64,000 bases of DNA from Eledone cirrhosa (taxonomy: Eukaryota), in the NCBI GenBank assembly GCA_964016885.1, contig OZ024743.1, positions 263,934,001 to 263,998,000 of the forward strand, written 5' to 3'. This document shows positions 1-12,615 of the stretch, piece after piece (position 1 is the stretch's first letter; the number at the start of each line of letters is the position of its first letter). Below the pieces are notes generated by a model. That model searched no databases, had not been told where the DNA came from, and saw only the letters and a list, made by a program, of their open reading frames with translations. The position numbers and the translations under genes are program-made.

Positions 1-311
1 GTATTTACAATTGAGTGGCACTGCTTTTAGTGTTCAGTAATTTTTAGACATCTCTATCAGTGAAACAATTGTTAGACGGCAAATAAATCCCCTTTTTTGT
101 ACTGTTGACCATGTTATTTTCCACGTTTTTAATATATATATTTTATTACTCCAAGATAAACTTACATAGGAATACAAGTGAAATCATAAACTCGTCATCT
201 ACGTAAACCTCTTGTTGAGTCAAGCAACGCCGTACGCTAAAACTATCCATAATAAGAAGCATTCACAACCCTTAATTGGATTACCTATAACGATATTTTG
301 TTATCCTTTAT

Positions 312-535
312 ATATATTCGGTATACGAGGATGCAATTCACTTCTAGCCCTCAACGTCATATTGTTTCCTAAAATCAAGATGGCGGAGTATATTTATAAA
401 GAAGCAAATGCGAAATTGAAGATGCTAGGGTCCTTTATTAATTGAGCCGTTATATATATTTCAATGACGATAGATATCAGGATTTCTTCAGACAGCAAAC
501 ATTGATTAAAAGGTAACATGTCTGGGGCAATTTTG
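312..535 (-). repeat. HHR-bearing non-coding repeat, copy 1 (direct copy at ~2795-2988)
   Basis: Blocks TTCGGTATAC.AGGATGCAA and GGGTCCTTTATTAATTGA...TTTCTTCAGACAGCAAACATTGATTAAAAGGTAACAT recur at 2799-2970. Confidence 0.8.
446..496 (-). ncRNA. Type I hammerhead ribozyme motif
   Basis: Minus strand reads GCTGT-CTGAAGA-AAT...ATT-GAA-ATATATAT-A-ACGGC. Stem I GCUGU/ACGGC, intact core, palindromic stem III. Confidence 0.7.
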
Positions 536-1297
536 GGTGGAAAGGGAGCGGACTAAAAAGACGTGTGTCTTTGCTCTGTGTGTCCGCTCCCTTCTAATTT
601 TTAGGTCACCCCGACAGTCCTGCATAGTAGCAGGAGTGTGAGAGGCTGACCACTCAACTACCTCCTAGAATACTACCAGCCTTATTTGTTCTCTCTAGCT
701 ACAAGTCCACCACCACCTCGGCCGACATCACTATACGGTCAGTGGCAGTTCAAACCAGCCAAATTTGTTTACTGTTAGCTTTGGTGTCCAGCAGAATTTC
801 AATGCATTCCTACTCGCTACCCGTTTATGACGGGATAATATACAGACCATCAACCCCAAAGTGAGAAAGTAATCTACTGCTATGGTTAATATAACATATC
901 GTAGAAAATATGTAAGGTTTTACAACTCAAAAATCTAAAACATTTTAAATTTCAGACGTTAAAATTAAAAGTTAAAAATCCAGAAAACTAGACAACGGTC
1001 AATATACTAAGAATAATATCTAACTGGCAAAGTGTATATTCGTAATAGTGATTGGGTTCACAGCTGGGTATTAACTTGTCATGACTCCCCAATAGAAAAA
1101 TCTGGCCTCTTGTCGAGAATGACAAGCAAAATTTAAAGTATCTAATGAAACGAATGTAAAAATTAAGTAATCAAGTCGTTGGTATCCCGGTCAATCGGGT
1201 GGAGACAAATAATACATTGATGATTTAAGGGAAAACGTAAGAAAAGGTACAAATGAGTAAGGATGAACGGGAAAAATGGATTATAAAGAAAATAAAG

Positions 1298-1410
<113 letters not shown>

Positions 1411-1753
1411 AAGAATTAGTATATCTACCAATATATATATACAGATGCATACCTATGCTAGCAAATATATAGGTTTTGTCTTAGTAACTTAGTGGTTCAA
1501 TGCAAGGGGATGCAGAACAATTATATGAAAGACGTGAAATAAGAAAATTATAAAAATTATAAAAATTAATCAGTGAGGAGTGGGGTGTTAATAAGACAGT
1601 AGCCGAACTATTACTATGAACTATAGTAGTAGTTTTGGCAAATTTTTTCAATGTCCTGGAATTTAGTCCTCGCTTGCTTGTTTCCATCCACTGAATTATT
1701 TTTGTATAAGTTCCCTGTGTCCACGCATCACCTAGGAACGTAGCTGAGAATTG

Positions 1754-1834
1754 ACTTCCTGATGACGAAAGGTGTTCTCCGTGTTCCATTCGGAAACTAT
1801 GTTTATTCCCTTTCAGAAACTAATTAGTTGGAGT
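1754..1834 (+). ncRNA. Type I hammerhead ribozyme motif
   Basis: ACTTC-CTGATGA-C-GAAAGG...CCTTTC-A-GAA-ACTAATTAGT-T-GGAGT. Palindromic stem III; C.A mismatch at the base of stem II. Confidence 0.7.
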
Positions 1835-2281
1835 GAAATTTTAGTAAGTAAGTTAATTTTTATAATTTTCTTATTTTACATCTTTCATATAATTGTTCTG
1901 CATCCCCTTGCATTGAACCACAAAGTTACTAGGACAAAACCTATATATTTGCTAGCACAGGTATGCATCTGTATATATATGTTGGTAGATATACTACTTC
2001 TTTATAATTATCTCCAAATTATTTTGTTAAGCAAAAATTTGCCAAAACTACTACTATAGTTCATAGTAATAGTCCGGCTACTGTCTTATTAACACCCCAC
2101 TCCTCACTGATTAACCTCGATGTCACATGATTGATTCTTTTGAATTTGCCACTGACCAAGTTGGCAGTGATTTTTTCAATGTCCTGGAATTTAGTCCTCG
2201 CTTACTTTTTTCCATCCACTGAATTGTTTTTGTATAAGTTCCCTGTGTCCACGCATCGCCTAGAAACTTAGCTGAGAATTG

Positions 2282-2362
2282 ACTTCCTGATGACGAAAGG
2301 TATTCTCCATGTTCCATTCGGAAACCATGTTTATTCCCTTTCAGAAACTAATTAGTTGGAGT
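2282..2362 (+). ncRNA. Type I hammerhead ribozyme motif (tandem partner of 1754-1834)
   Basis: Same motif 528 bp downstream. Confidence 0.7.
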
Positions 2363-2896
2363 GAAATTTTAGTAAGTTAATTTTTATATATATATATAAG
2401 GGTAAAAAAGAATTATAGAGAGAATGAAGAAGAAGAAATGCAAGGAGAAAATTTGAAGGAAAAATCCGTGATAAATGTCTGAGTGGGGGCGAGTTATGGA
2501 GAGTCAGTTATATACACATTGCTTCGGGTGGTTTGGTCAGTGCAGTTGCAACTAGGTGAACCTCACAAGCTGTCCGTGGCTATATAAGGTTAGGTGGGAC
2601 GTGGCAGGAGATCTGCCTTCCAGGGTGTTGCATGTAGATTAAGAGGTAGTTGTTGCTTTGGTCCTCAAAAGTTGTTCCTTAGTAAATTTCCATCACCATA
2701 AGGTGTGTTCAACAGTTGGGATATCCCGGCGTGTAGTTTGCCTTACTTTATCAGATTGGTTTGTATCAAAAAGCGCTCTACATGGGAAGCTAAATACATT
2801 CGGTATACAAGGATGCAACTCACTTCAAGGATGACACAGTATATTAATAAAGAATAAAATGAGAAGTTGAAGATGTAAGGGTCCTTTATTAATTGA

Positions 2897-2946
2897 ACCA
2901 TTATACATATTTCAATGACGATAGATGTCGTGATTTCTTCAGACAG
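2897..2946 (-). ncRNA. Type I hammerhead ribozyme motif, second copy of the 446-496 family
   Basis: Minus: GCTGT-CTGAAGA-AATCACGACATCTATCGTCATT-GAA-ATATGTAT-A-ATGGT. Confidence 0.65.
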
Positions 2947-2996
2947 CAAACATTGATTAAAAGGTAACATTTCCGAGGCATTTTTGGCTCTCTCTC

Positions 2997-3044
<48 letters not shown>

Positions 3045-3084
3045 CGTGCGTGCGTGTTTTTTGTGTGTGTATATGTGTGTATGT

Positions 3085-3122
<38 letters not shown>

Positions 3123-3175
3123 ATACATACATGTATACATGTCTATCTATCTATCTATCTATTATCTATCTATCT

Positions 3176-4255
3176 CCAGGTATTCCTGACCGGTGAACCG
3201 GTGTGGCTGTCGTTTGTGAGACAAGCTCTTCCACAACTCGTCTCACTAACAGAGCTGTAGTCCTGGGTCAAGCGAAGACCAAAAATGGGTGCCTGGCACC
3301 TCGAGTGCCTACAGCCGCTCACAGCCCTCTACCAAGCGGAAATGGCAATCAGCTGAGACTCCACTTCGACATTCTATAGGGGATAAGTGGAGGATAAGTG
3401 CGACGACGTTCTCGGGGAAACTCTAGGCATCGAGGAGGACGATCTGACCAGTCTGTTCGGGAGGACTTTCCGTCCAGGGCCTATGGATAACTTCCAGAGG
3501 TCTCTGGCCTTGCAGTGCTACCGAGGAGCTCTACCAGTTCGAGACAAAATCTACAGGCACGGACGCCCTGGCAGAGATCCTGCCAAAAGGACCTGTCCAA
3601 GATGCGAGCAGGACATCGAAACCGTTCTGCACGCAATTGTTCAGTGCCCAGGGGTGACCGACCTGTGGAATTATGTCGAACAGCTGCTGTCACGTATAGG
3701 ACGCATCCAGTTGTCAGTCGAGTCCATCGTGAGGATCACCTCGCCGCCTTCATTTAAGAACGAAGGAGAGGCGGTTTTCCTCTGTCTGGTGGCTATGGCG
3801 AAAGAATAATATGGTGGACGAGGTTAAAAGGACTGAGGGCAAACACCTTTCTCTCCGGACAACAGCTTATCCCCTTCTTTAGTATCACTTCAGAAAGAAG
3901 GTGAGAGTGGAGAGAGAGGTGCTACACCCCAGTAAATTCGCTAAAAGGTGGCTGAATGTGGCAAAAATGGCCCGAGTGAATGGGTCTTCTCTGTATATAA
4001 ACCTGTAGGTTGAGGAAGATAAACAGAGGGAAGACAGGAACACCTACAAAACGTGTTCCTGGTGTTGAGGGTTGTTCTATCCACGGGGTTAAAACAACCC
4101 TGCAGTAACGTTCCCCACTACTGGGGATTTCAATTGTTATTTTATTATATATAGTGTATTGTTATTTATTAATGTTAAAGTTATTTTTATGTAAAACCCC
4201 CGCCGTCACGTCTTGTAATGTCCAATTTTTGTACGCCCCTGTGGCAAATAAAGAA

Positions 4256-4256
<1 letters not shown>
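3176..4256 (+). mobile_element. Tx1/L1-clade non-LTR retrotransposon, 5'-truncated 3' fragment embedded in (TCTA)n
   Basis: ORF 3387-3809 has the C-terminal zinc finger CPRC-x5-ETVLHAIVQC. AATAAA precedes a (TCTA)n tail at 4257-4340, and (TCTA)n also lies at 3142-3175. Confidence 0.8.
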
Positions 4257-4325
<69 letters not shown>

Positions 4326-4610
4326 TATTTATCTATCTATCGACCGATCGATCGGACAACAAGAACAATGCACGAATCCCAATGTAAGGCCGAAGATTGA
4401 GAGATACATAGGTATAACAAAACCATCGTACTTTAATGAATATATTGAAGAAAATATCGAAGAAATCTAAAGTAATTGATTTAAATATACCTAAAGATAT
4501 ATACCGCGATGGCCGAAATGACATGTGAAAAGTATGCTATTCAATCATTCTGACTGTTGTAATCAAGGGATTATTAAATTAAATATTTGTATCTATAAGC
4601 CCCGTAAGTT

Positions 4611-4654
<44 letters not shown>

Positions 4655-4661
<7 letters not shown>

Positions 4662-5868
4662 TAATCGAGTATCGAAAAATCGGCGCACGAGTTCACGATA
4701 AACAAAATTCGAAATGAGCGGCAGAGGGCTCAATAATTCAGATGAATCAGAGCTATAACTATCGTTAAAATACCGTCACACATAGAACAAGTCTAAAATC
4801 AACCATACGATAAAAAATCGATAATAGAAGATTCGGGACAATCAGATAAAAAATATCAATAAATCAATACATCAATAATTTAAATGAACGTAAAATCATA
4901 CCCGGACCCACTAGAAAGGTGTTAAATCTAGCTTCTTGGGTTTCTGTAAATCCTTAGACTGTACTCTATCAGCTCACATATAAATATATAAGACTTCTAG
5001 AATAAGCGGACTGGAAGTTTACTTCTTCAACGAGCTTCGTCCTAGCGGATAAGAGGCTAACTACAAGCAAAATACGCACATGGAATCCGGCAAGGGAGAT
5101 AACCTCTACATCCGCGAAAACTATTCGAGGAAATGTGGAAATACACATATCGAATAAAAGTGCTCAATAGACATGTTAAAATAAAACAGGAGCTATTCAT
5201 CACTCAATAGAATCGACAAAAAATGAGCAATTAAATTAACTGGTGGATAGCTAAGTCCAGAGCTAAAAATATTAGAATGATCGAGTATCGAAAAATCGGC
5301 GCACGAGTTCACGATAAACAAAATTCGAAATGAGCGGCAGAGGGCTCAATAATTCAGATGAATCAGAGCTATAACTATCGTTAAAATACCGTCACACATA
5401 GAACAAGTCTAAAATCAACCATACGATAAAAAATCGATAATAGAAGATTCGGGACAATCAGATAAAAAATATCAATAAATCAATACATCAATAATTTAAA
5501 TGAATGTAAAATCATACCCGGACCCACTAGAAAGGTGTTAAATCTAGCTTCTTGGGTTTCTGTAAATCCTTAGACTGTACTCTATCAGCTCACATATAAA
5601 TATATAAGACTTCTAGAATAAGCGGACTGGAAGTTTACTTCTTCAACGAGCTTCGTCCTAGCGGATAAGAGGCTAACTACAAGCAAAATACGCACATGGA
5701 ATCCGGCAAGGGAGATAACCTCTACATCCGCGAAAACTATTCGAGGTAATGTGGAAATACACATATCGAATAAAAGTGCTCAATAGACATGTTAAAATAA
5801 AACAGGAGCTATTCATCACTCAATAGAATCGACAAAAAATGAGCAATAAAATTAACTGGTGGATAGCT
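4655..5868. repeat. Near-identical 616-bp head-to-tail tandem duplication bounded by (TA)n
   Basis: ATTAGAAT.ATCGAGTATCGAAAAATCGGCGC starts at 4655 and 5271. The copies differ by only a few substitutions. Confidence 0.92.
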
Positions 5869-5887
5869 ATATATATATATATGGTGG

Positions 5888-5923
<36 letters not shown>

Positions 5924-5936
5924 GTTGTGTAACCAC

Positions 5937-5980
<44 letters not shown>

Positions 5981-5993
5981 CAAAATATATATA

Positions 5994-6069
<76 letters not shown>

Positions 6070-6082
6070 GTTGTGTAACCAC

Positions 6083-6119
<37 letters not shown>

Positions 6120-6122
<3 letters not shown>

Positions 6123-6690
6123 ACCCATGGTAAGGTTTTGCGTATGCTTGTGTATGTACGTATCTGTTTGCGTGTATGTATTTATTTGTTCCTATTACTT
6201 CTGTATTGTATTTATTTACTTTGTTCTTAACTCTGTAGCGGAGATTCATTTGGTCTCCTAGTTAGAATTTTAGTCTACGATTTCTGCTATACCATTTACG
6301 TGGGTTTGTCTTTGCGTGCTATTGTTCTCCACGCTCCACATATGACTTATTATCTTCGTTTTTTCGTTCATTGCCAGAGAACGTCTCTATGCACCACCTA
6401 AGAGAACATTAGTCTACGACCTCTTTTATACCATACACGTGGTTTTGTCTTTGCGCGTAATTGTTTTCCACCGCTCCTATTAATGACGTATTATTCGTTT
6501 TTTCCCGTTCTTTGCCAGCGAACGTTACCACGAACCAAAGTATCGTCTTCCTGTCTTCCTCCTGTTGCAACGTTTTTTGAAATATCCAGTTCTGCGTTTA
6601 CACATTGACTTTGTTAGTTTCAGAAGATCCCGTTAAGGGTGAAAGCAGCGATTCTTTGCTTAAACTTTAATCTGTTATTTTAATAAATAT
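6120..6690 (+). mobile_element. TA-flanked non-coding element with an internal diverged ~139-bp tandem and a variant HHR
   Basis: TAGTCTACGA...TTTGTCTTTGCG at 6271 and 6410. The 3' part recurs at ~21020-21080 and ~45340-45380. Confidence 0.6.
6616..6666 (+). ncRNA. Variant hammerhead motif (core CAGAAGA)
   Basis: AGTTT-CAGAAGA-TCCC.GTTAA.GGGT-GAA-AGCA...TGCT-T-AAACT. All three stems form; the core has U4>A. Confidence 0.5.
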
Positions 6691-6711
6691 ATATATATAC
6701 ATATATATATA

Positions 6712-7018
6712 TAGAAGTGGTTACACAACAGTTAGTTCACCATACCGAGATCAATTGTTCTACATCAGCGGATCCTCAGCTCGTAATGGACATGGTTATA
6801 CGGAACAGGAATGACAACTGTGCGAACGCGCATACGCACAAACGATGATGTTCACACAGGCGATTCTAAATTGCGTGCGACTGATCATTTCTGCGCATAC
6901 GCGTTCGTACGGTTGTCCTTCCTGTTCCGTATAACCATGTCCATTACGAGGTGAGGATTCGCTCAGGTGAAACAATTGTGCTCGGTATGGTGAACTAACT
7001 GTTGTGTAACCACTTCTA
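6712..7018. repeat. Fold-back palindrome (~135-bp arms) with a degenerate HHR in each arm (6746-6783 minus, 6947-6984 plus)
   Basis: TAGAAGTGGTTACACAACAGTTAGTTCACCATACCGAG ... CTCGGTATGGTGAACTAACTGTTGTGTAACCACTTCTA. The two-arm consensus is CGAG-CTGAGGA-...-GAAACAATTGT-N-CTCG. Confidence 0.85.
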
Positions 7019-7150
7019 CCTAACTCGTCCCATGGACTGAGTGTTCTACCACTACGGGTATTACCTTCCAGTGTTCTACCACTATATATATATATATAGA
7101 GAGAGAGAGATAGAGGGAGAGAGAGAGAGTGTGTGTGTGTGAGAGAGGGA

Positions 7151-7188
<38 letters not shown>

Positions 7189-7292
7189 AGGTCTTAGAAA
7201 AATTCTTGGTGATTCTCACACGTGTTTCGATGGATTACGTAGTAGCATGCAAAACCTACATTTTTAGATGTTGGATTATTTTATATGCCGGA

Positions 7293-7508
7293 ATTCTAGT
7301 ATAGGCACAGGGCGGTAATTTTTTTTTTTTTGGGGGGGGGGAAAGTCGATTAAATCGACCCCAGTACATTACTGGACCTTTATTTTATCGACCGCGTAAG
7401 GATGAAAGGCAAAGTTAACCTCGGCGAAATTTGAACTCAGACCGTAAAAGACCGTAACTCTATACTGCAAAGCATGGTGCCGACTCTCTACGATCCTGCC
7501 AATCCACC
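7293..7508 (-). mobile_element. tRNA-derived SINE
   Basis: Minus: GGTGGATTGGCAGGATCGTAG (A-box-like) ... GAGTTCAAATTTC (B box) ... CTTTGCCTTTCATCC. Same family as 18573-18753. Confidence 0.8.
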
Positions 7509-7927
7509 ACTCTTGGCTATTTGAAATAACGGATTGTGTAACCGATAAGAGTGGAAACATGTGTCAGAATCACCAATAATTAACAAATGAATTAATAAAC
7601 CTCAGCATATACACCTCAGTGCTTTTCCCACAAACCTCTCCGTGGAATATCTGCAATGAATGAATTACTTATACTCTATAATACACCAGAAAACTCACCG
7701 GATAATTGTGATAATCATTTCTATCTACTAGGTCGAGTACAACTCAACAAGTAGGTCACCTTATATATTGTTTTACCCAACAATGCAAAAACTGCACATT
7801 GCCTACAAAAAACTTGACACTTAAATTTAAATCCTTTATATATATATATATAAATATATAAATATATAAATATATATAAATATATAAATATATATATGTA
7901 TATACACACATACACATATATATGAAA

Positions 7928-8112
7928 GCTGTCTGATGAGGTCACGGCATATATATATATATAGTCGTATTACATTTATGTATTTATCTCTGATGACGTC
8001 ACGGAACTGGGTACACCGAAAAGGGTCACCACTGTCGTCATTGAAATATGTATCACAGCATTATCATGAAATGACTTAAATAACATCTGAAACTACTTTG
8101 CATTTTCTTATT
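7928..8112 (+). repeat. HHR-bearing direct repeat, left copy (right copy 11900-12030), with its 5' part duplicated around a TA tract
   Basis: GCTGT-CTGATGA at 7928, and CTGATGA...GAA-ATATGTAT-C-ACAGC at 7990-8059. Confidence 0.7.
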
Positions 8113-8525
8113 CTAAATATACTCCGTCACTCCTATGTGGAAAAAGTACGTTGAGTGCTCGAATCAAATTGCAACAAGTTAAACTTAAGAATCTAGCTCC
8201 AAACTGTTGAGCATTCCAACATGCAACTGATATTGTGAAGAACTGGGGTTCCAACCATCGGCTACACCCGGAAATGCCCTATACCATGGGACTGATTACA
8301 CACACTGGAAATCCCTACTGCTAGACGGAAATAAAATTATAAACAAACTTTCGACCGGATAAATAAGCAGAGCTAAAACACACCGTTAAACCCTTTATTT
8401 TCCTGCAGCAAATGGCATTTGCACATATGCCTGGTCCCCTCCACCCACACACACACCATAACGAACTTTCATATGCATTTTACTTGGACAAAATTGACCA
8501 GCACCTTAACCACATTCACTCTCAT

Positions 8526-11093
8526 ATTACTTGTACTTGTACTTGTGTCTAAATTCACCCTGGACGGGTTGAGCCGGCTTCATCCCTTGTCCTGACGGCA
8601 TTCCGCACCATGGCAGCCCTCGCACGACGGTCCCGGGATAGGTCACTGGAGATAGCGAGCCAGTCACGGTTCCATCGGCACAGGCCGACCACCTGCGGAC
8701 CTGAGAGTTCGGAGAGGTCCTCCTTGATCGTCGTTGCCCAGGTCTTCAGCAGCCCGCCAACGCGCTTCCGCCAGTTAGGGAGTGGGGGTGGGAGGAGAAC
8801 ATTACGGATCAGCTCACCCTCAGGGCGCCGGGCTGCGTGACCAAACCATCTCAAGCGCCGTTGCAGAAGCACTGAAGGAAGGGGTCGAAGATTCAGGCGA
8901 AGACGAAAACTGGTGGTAGGTACCGGATCGTCGGCTGCGAAGAATGCGGCGGAGACAGTCATTGTCGAAGACCTCCAGCCCGCGTTGATCGACTACCCTC
9001 ATAGGCCATGTTTCACACCCATAGAGGAGGATAGTGCGAACGAGGGCCTGGTAGATTGGCCCCTTGGTCGCCGAGGTGATCTCTCTTCTGTCCCACATAC
9101 ACCGCTGGAGGCGCCCAAAAGCGGATCTGGCAGCACGTATGCGACGCTTGACCTCGGCTGCGCCCTGTCCCGTTGGAACCACTGTTGAGCCCAGGTAAAC
9201 GAAGGACTCCACATCCTCCAGGTCTACGCCCTCGAGATGGTTGCCAGGCATCAGGCGAGACCACTGATGTCATGACTTTCGACTAGGCGGCATTGATTCG
9301 TAGACCAACAGCGGCGGCTGAAATGTGCACCCTTTCGAGAGCCCATTGTACATCTGTCCCGTTAGCGCCCATCAGCACGATGTCATCCGCGTAGGCCAGG
9401 TCCGTCACCACGACCCCTCTCCCGACCTCTACGCCCGGTTAATCCCGAAGCGCTGTGTTGAGAGTGTAGTCAATGGCGTAGTTAAAGAGAGTTGGCGATA
9501 GCGCACACCCCTGCCGAACACCGGTCCCAGCATCGAATAACTCCGTCTCCCGATCATAGACCCTCACTCGAGCCCGGGTCGACCGGTAGTAACCTTGTAT
9601 GAGACGAAGCAGCTGCACTGGGATGCCGTCCGCCTGCATTATACGCCATAGAGCTTCCTATCTACCGAATAGAAGGCAGCTGCAAAGTCGATGAAGCAGA
9701 GGACGGTAGGCTGTTGATGTGCACACCGTTGTTCCAGGACACGCTGGAGAATGAAGATTTGATCAACGCAACCCCTCCCCGGACGGAAGCCGCCCTGAGA
9801 AGGACGGGTACAGACATCACGGATGGCCTGGAACCTCTTCAGCAGAAGAATTGCGAAGGTTTTGGCAGCAACGTCAATTAAACTGATACCCCTGTAGTTG
9901 GAACACAGTTTCCTGTCGCCTTTTTTGAAGAAGGGTAGGAGAGTTGCCTCACTCCAGTGACCAGGGAATCGCTCCGTCGCCCACACCGAGAAGAAGACTC
10001 GATGGAACCAAGCTGCGAAGACATCAGGCTCGGCCTTGTAGACCGCAGCTGGAACGTCATCTTCTCCCGGCGCCTTTTTGTTCCGGAGATGTGTCAGGAC
10101 ACTACGCACCTCCTCGACCGTTGGAGGGGCAGTGCTGCACCCGTATTCTTCTCCGGAAGGTTGCACGTAGGTTGGCGTGGGTGGTGGCGGGTGGTTGAGC
10201 AGCTCGGAGAAATGGTCCCGCCATCGGACTAGCCGGTCATTAAGATTGGTAATGACCACCCCGTTCAGATTACGGATCGTCTCGCTGATACCCGTACTGC
10301 TTCGGCTGGCCCGCTTCACCAGCTGGTAGAGCTTGCGCGAGTCACCACAGGCTGCTGCCCTCTCCGCCTGCTCCGCAAATTCGCGCCAGCCTGCATTCAG
10401 ATCGGCTCGAATAGCCCGAGATATGTGACGTCGGAGATCTCGAAGATTAGATGCACCCTCGAGTCGGGCCACTCTCGCCCTCTCCGCGAGTTCAAGAGTG
10501 CCGCCGGAGATTCAGTCCCGATGGCGTCTTTGGGTCGACCCGAGATGCTTTCTGGCCACCTCAACCGTCGCCGCCCTGAGCGCGTTCCAGTCCTTCTCCG
10601 GTTGCTGTTCCACTTCGTTACTCAGCATTTGGAATCGGTTTCGCAGCTCTAGCCGGAAAGCATTTCCAGCATTGAGCTTGAGTCGCGAGATGTCGATCCT
10701 TTTCTGGCGGTTGGGAGGAGGTCTCGCCTGCAGCCGCAGACGAAGTCTTGCTCGAACAAGAGCATGGTCTGACCCATGCTCACTGCCCGTATCAGCCCCC
10801 ATCCCCCCACCCCACCGATACGCACGCGAGTCCATCACTGAGCTGGCCCACCGATATCTGACCATGATGTAGTCAATCTGATTGGCCGTCCTTCCGTCAT
10901 TGGATCGCCACGTGACGAGGTGACGCCGAGGATGTTGGAACCGGGTGTTGGTGACGATAAGACGATTGGCGTCCGCGAAGGACTCGAGCCGTTCACCATT
11001 GACACAGGGTACGCCTAGGGCGAAGCGTCCTAGAATATGCCGTGTTGTATCATCAGCCGGCCCCATCATCGCATTCCAGTCCCCAGCGACAAT
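8526..11093 (-). mobile_element. RTE-clade LINE, 5'-truncated and frameshifted (partial APE + RT)
   Basis: ORF pieces contain TWRSNDGRTANQIDYI/GSDH, NYRGISL, GFRPGRGCVDQIF, GVRQGCALSP and LLYGCETW. (ACAAGT)n tail. Candidate TSD ACTCTCAT at 8518-8525 and 11094-11101. Confidence 0.9.
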
Positions 11094-11902
11094 ACTCTCA
11101 TTTCCATACAGTTTATCTTCTTCGTGTATTTTTTCTTATATGTTCTCATATTTCCTCACACATGTCTCCTTTCCCATTTTGCATATAAGTATGCACTTTC
11201 TGTTTTGATTCATGTGATAGAAGAAGATATTAACTAATTATTTGCCTAATTACTACATTTCATACTGGAATTCACCCTCCCTTCTACAGTGCGGTGCTGT
11301 CGTTCAATGTGTGGATAATATATCTGTAATATTGATCCCCCTTTCAAAACTTCCTACTATATTTTAAACATCTCCCTAGTATTAGCTATTATATATATAT
11401 ATATTTTTTTTTTTTCTATTTACTTTTTTTATTTACTTCAATCGGGATTTTAAGTTGTAAATTCTTTTTTAATTTCTAATTTTCAATCATAACATCTAGA
11501 ATTAAGTTATATTCTCTTAGCGGCTGTTGGAAAACTCTATTGTCAAAGCGGAATGTAGGGGTAGTAGTAAGGTTCATTGGGAGTCATACCCTGCCACTAC
11601 AACTGAGTCTTGGTCAACCCAACTACAAAGACGGCAAGCAGCAAACTATAGCCGTCTCATATTACAGACCTAGATGGGCATGAGTGTTTCGTTGGGGTAA
11701 GGGGGGACCTGCCTATACGAATTTCGTATGGCTTTGAGGTGGTGAATGGTCAACTTCCTCCGGACTTTCACCTGCGCAAACCGGTGGGGGTGAATTGGGA
11801 CTCACAAGGGGTCAGACGAAGGACCCAAGAGCACCAGCTTTGTCCGTTCCCTTGTCGATTCAATTTGGATTCCCTCGGGAACATAACCTTATTATGTAAG
11901 AA

Positions 11903-11977
11903 GCTGTCTGATAATGTCACGGCACTGGGTACACCGAGGAGGGTCACCACTGTCATCATTGAAATATATATCACAGC
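11903..11977 (+). ncRNA. Hammerhead motif with core G8>A (likely inactive)
   Basis: GCTGT-CTGATAA-...-GAA-ATATATAT-C-ACAGC. The sibling at 7928/7990 retains CTGATGA. Confidence 0.6.
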
Positions 11978-12047
11978 ATTATCATTAAAGAACTTAAATA
12001 ACATCTGAAACTACTTTGCATTTCCTTATTATATATATATATATATA

Positions 12048-12538
12048 TATTGTTATAGTTGGGGAGTGTCATATTGTTGTAATAATATTGCCAGAAATAA
12101 TAACAGAACGCACTCACTGTTTGGTTGGTTTTCGCTTCTGCATCTTTTACATCTCCATAGTTAATTCATTTGGCCATCAATGTTTACCATTGACTGACCA
12201 ACGGTAAAAAATACAGATATAAATATATATATATAGTCTAACAAAGTTCTTTCGTTGCAAATCTGCAACATCATCAGTGGTACTATTATCAGGTTTCCCC
12301 TACTGTATTGTATGTATTGTAATGTCTACGCCATTTTTATTTTCAAAATAATTATCAGCGATAAACATTGATGGCCAAATGAATTAACTATGGAGATATA
12401 ACAGATGCAGAAGCGAAAACCAACCAAACAGTGACTGTGTTCTGTTATTATTTATGGCAATATTATTACAACAGTATGACCCTCCCCAAGTATAACAATA
12501 TTTGTTTCGACACACGATTTCATATCAAAAACCTAGCA

Positions 12539-12540
<2 letters not shown>
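12048..12540. repeat. Inverted pair of the GGGAGGGTCAT family (12048-12186 and 12362-12500); further copies at 12757-12868, 27618-27870 and 47300-47852
   Basis: Reverse-complement match of ~140-bp arms. Confidence 0.85.
12239..12282 (-). ncRNA. Type I hammerhead ribozyme motif
   Basis: Minus: TACCA-CTGATGA-T-GTTGCA.GATT.TGCAAC-GAA-AGAACT-T-TGTTA. Perfect 6-bp stem II; same 3' design as 47654-47696. Confidence 0.7.
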
Positions 12541-12580
<40 letters not shown>

Positions 12581-12615
12581 CAAAAGGGATATTTAATTTG
12601 TTGGTAATTCAACAA

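Noticed and set aside
7200-7580. Short inverted repeat with GAAAC-ATGT-GTC-AGAAT resembling an HHR 3' half
   Set aside because: No CUGANGA half found. It may have been removed by the SINE insertion, so it is not counted.
8610-11237. Plus-strand ORFs overlapping the RTE (likewise over other LINEs)
   Set aside because: Antisense or alternative frames of GC-richer LINE sequence.
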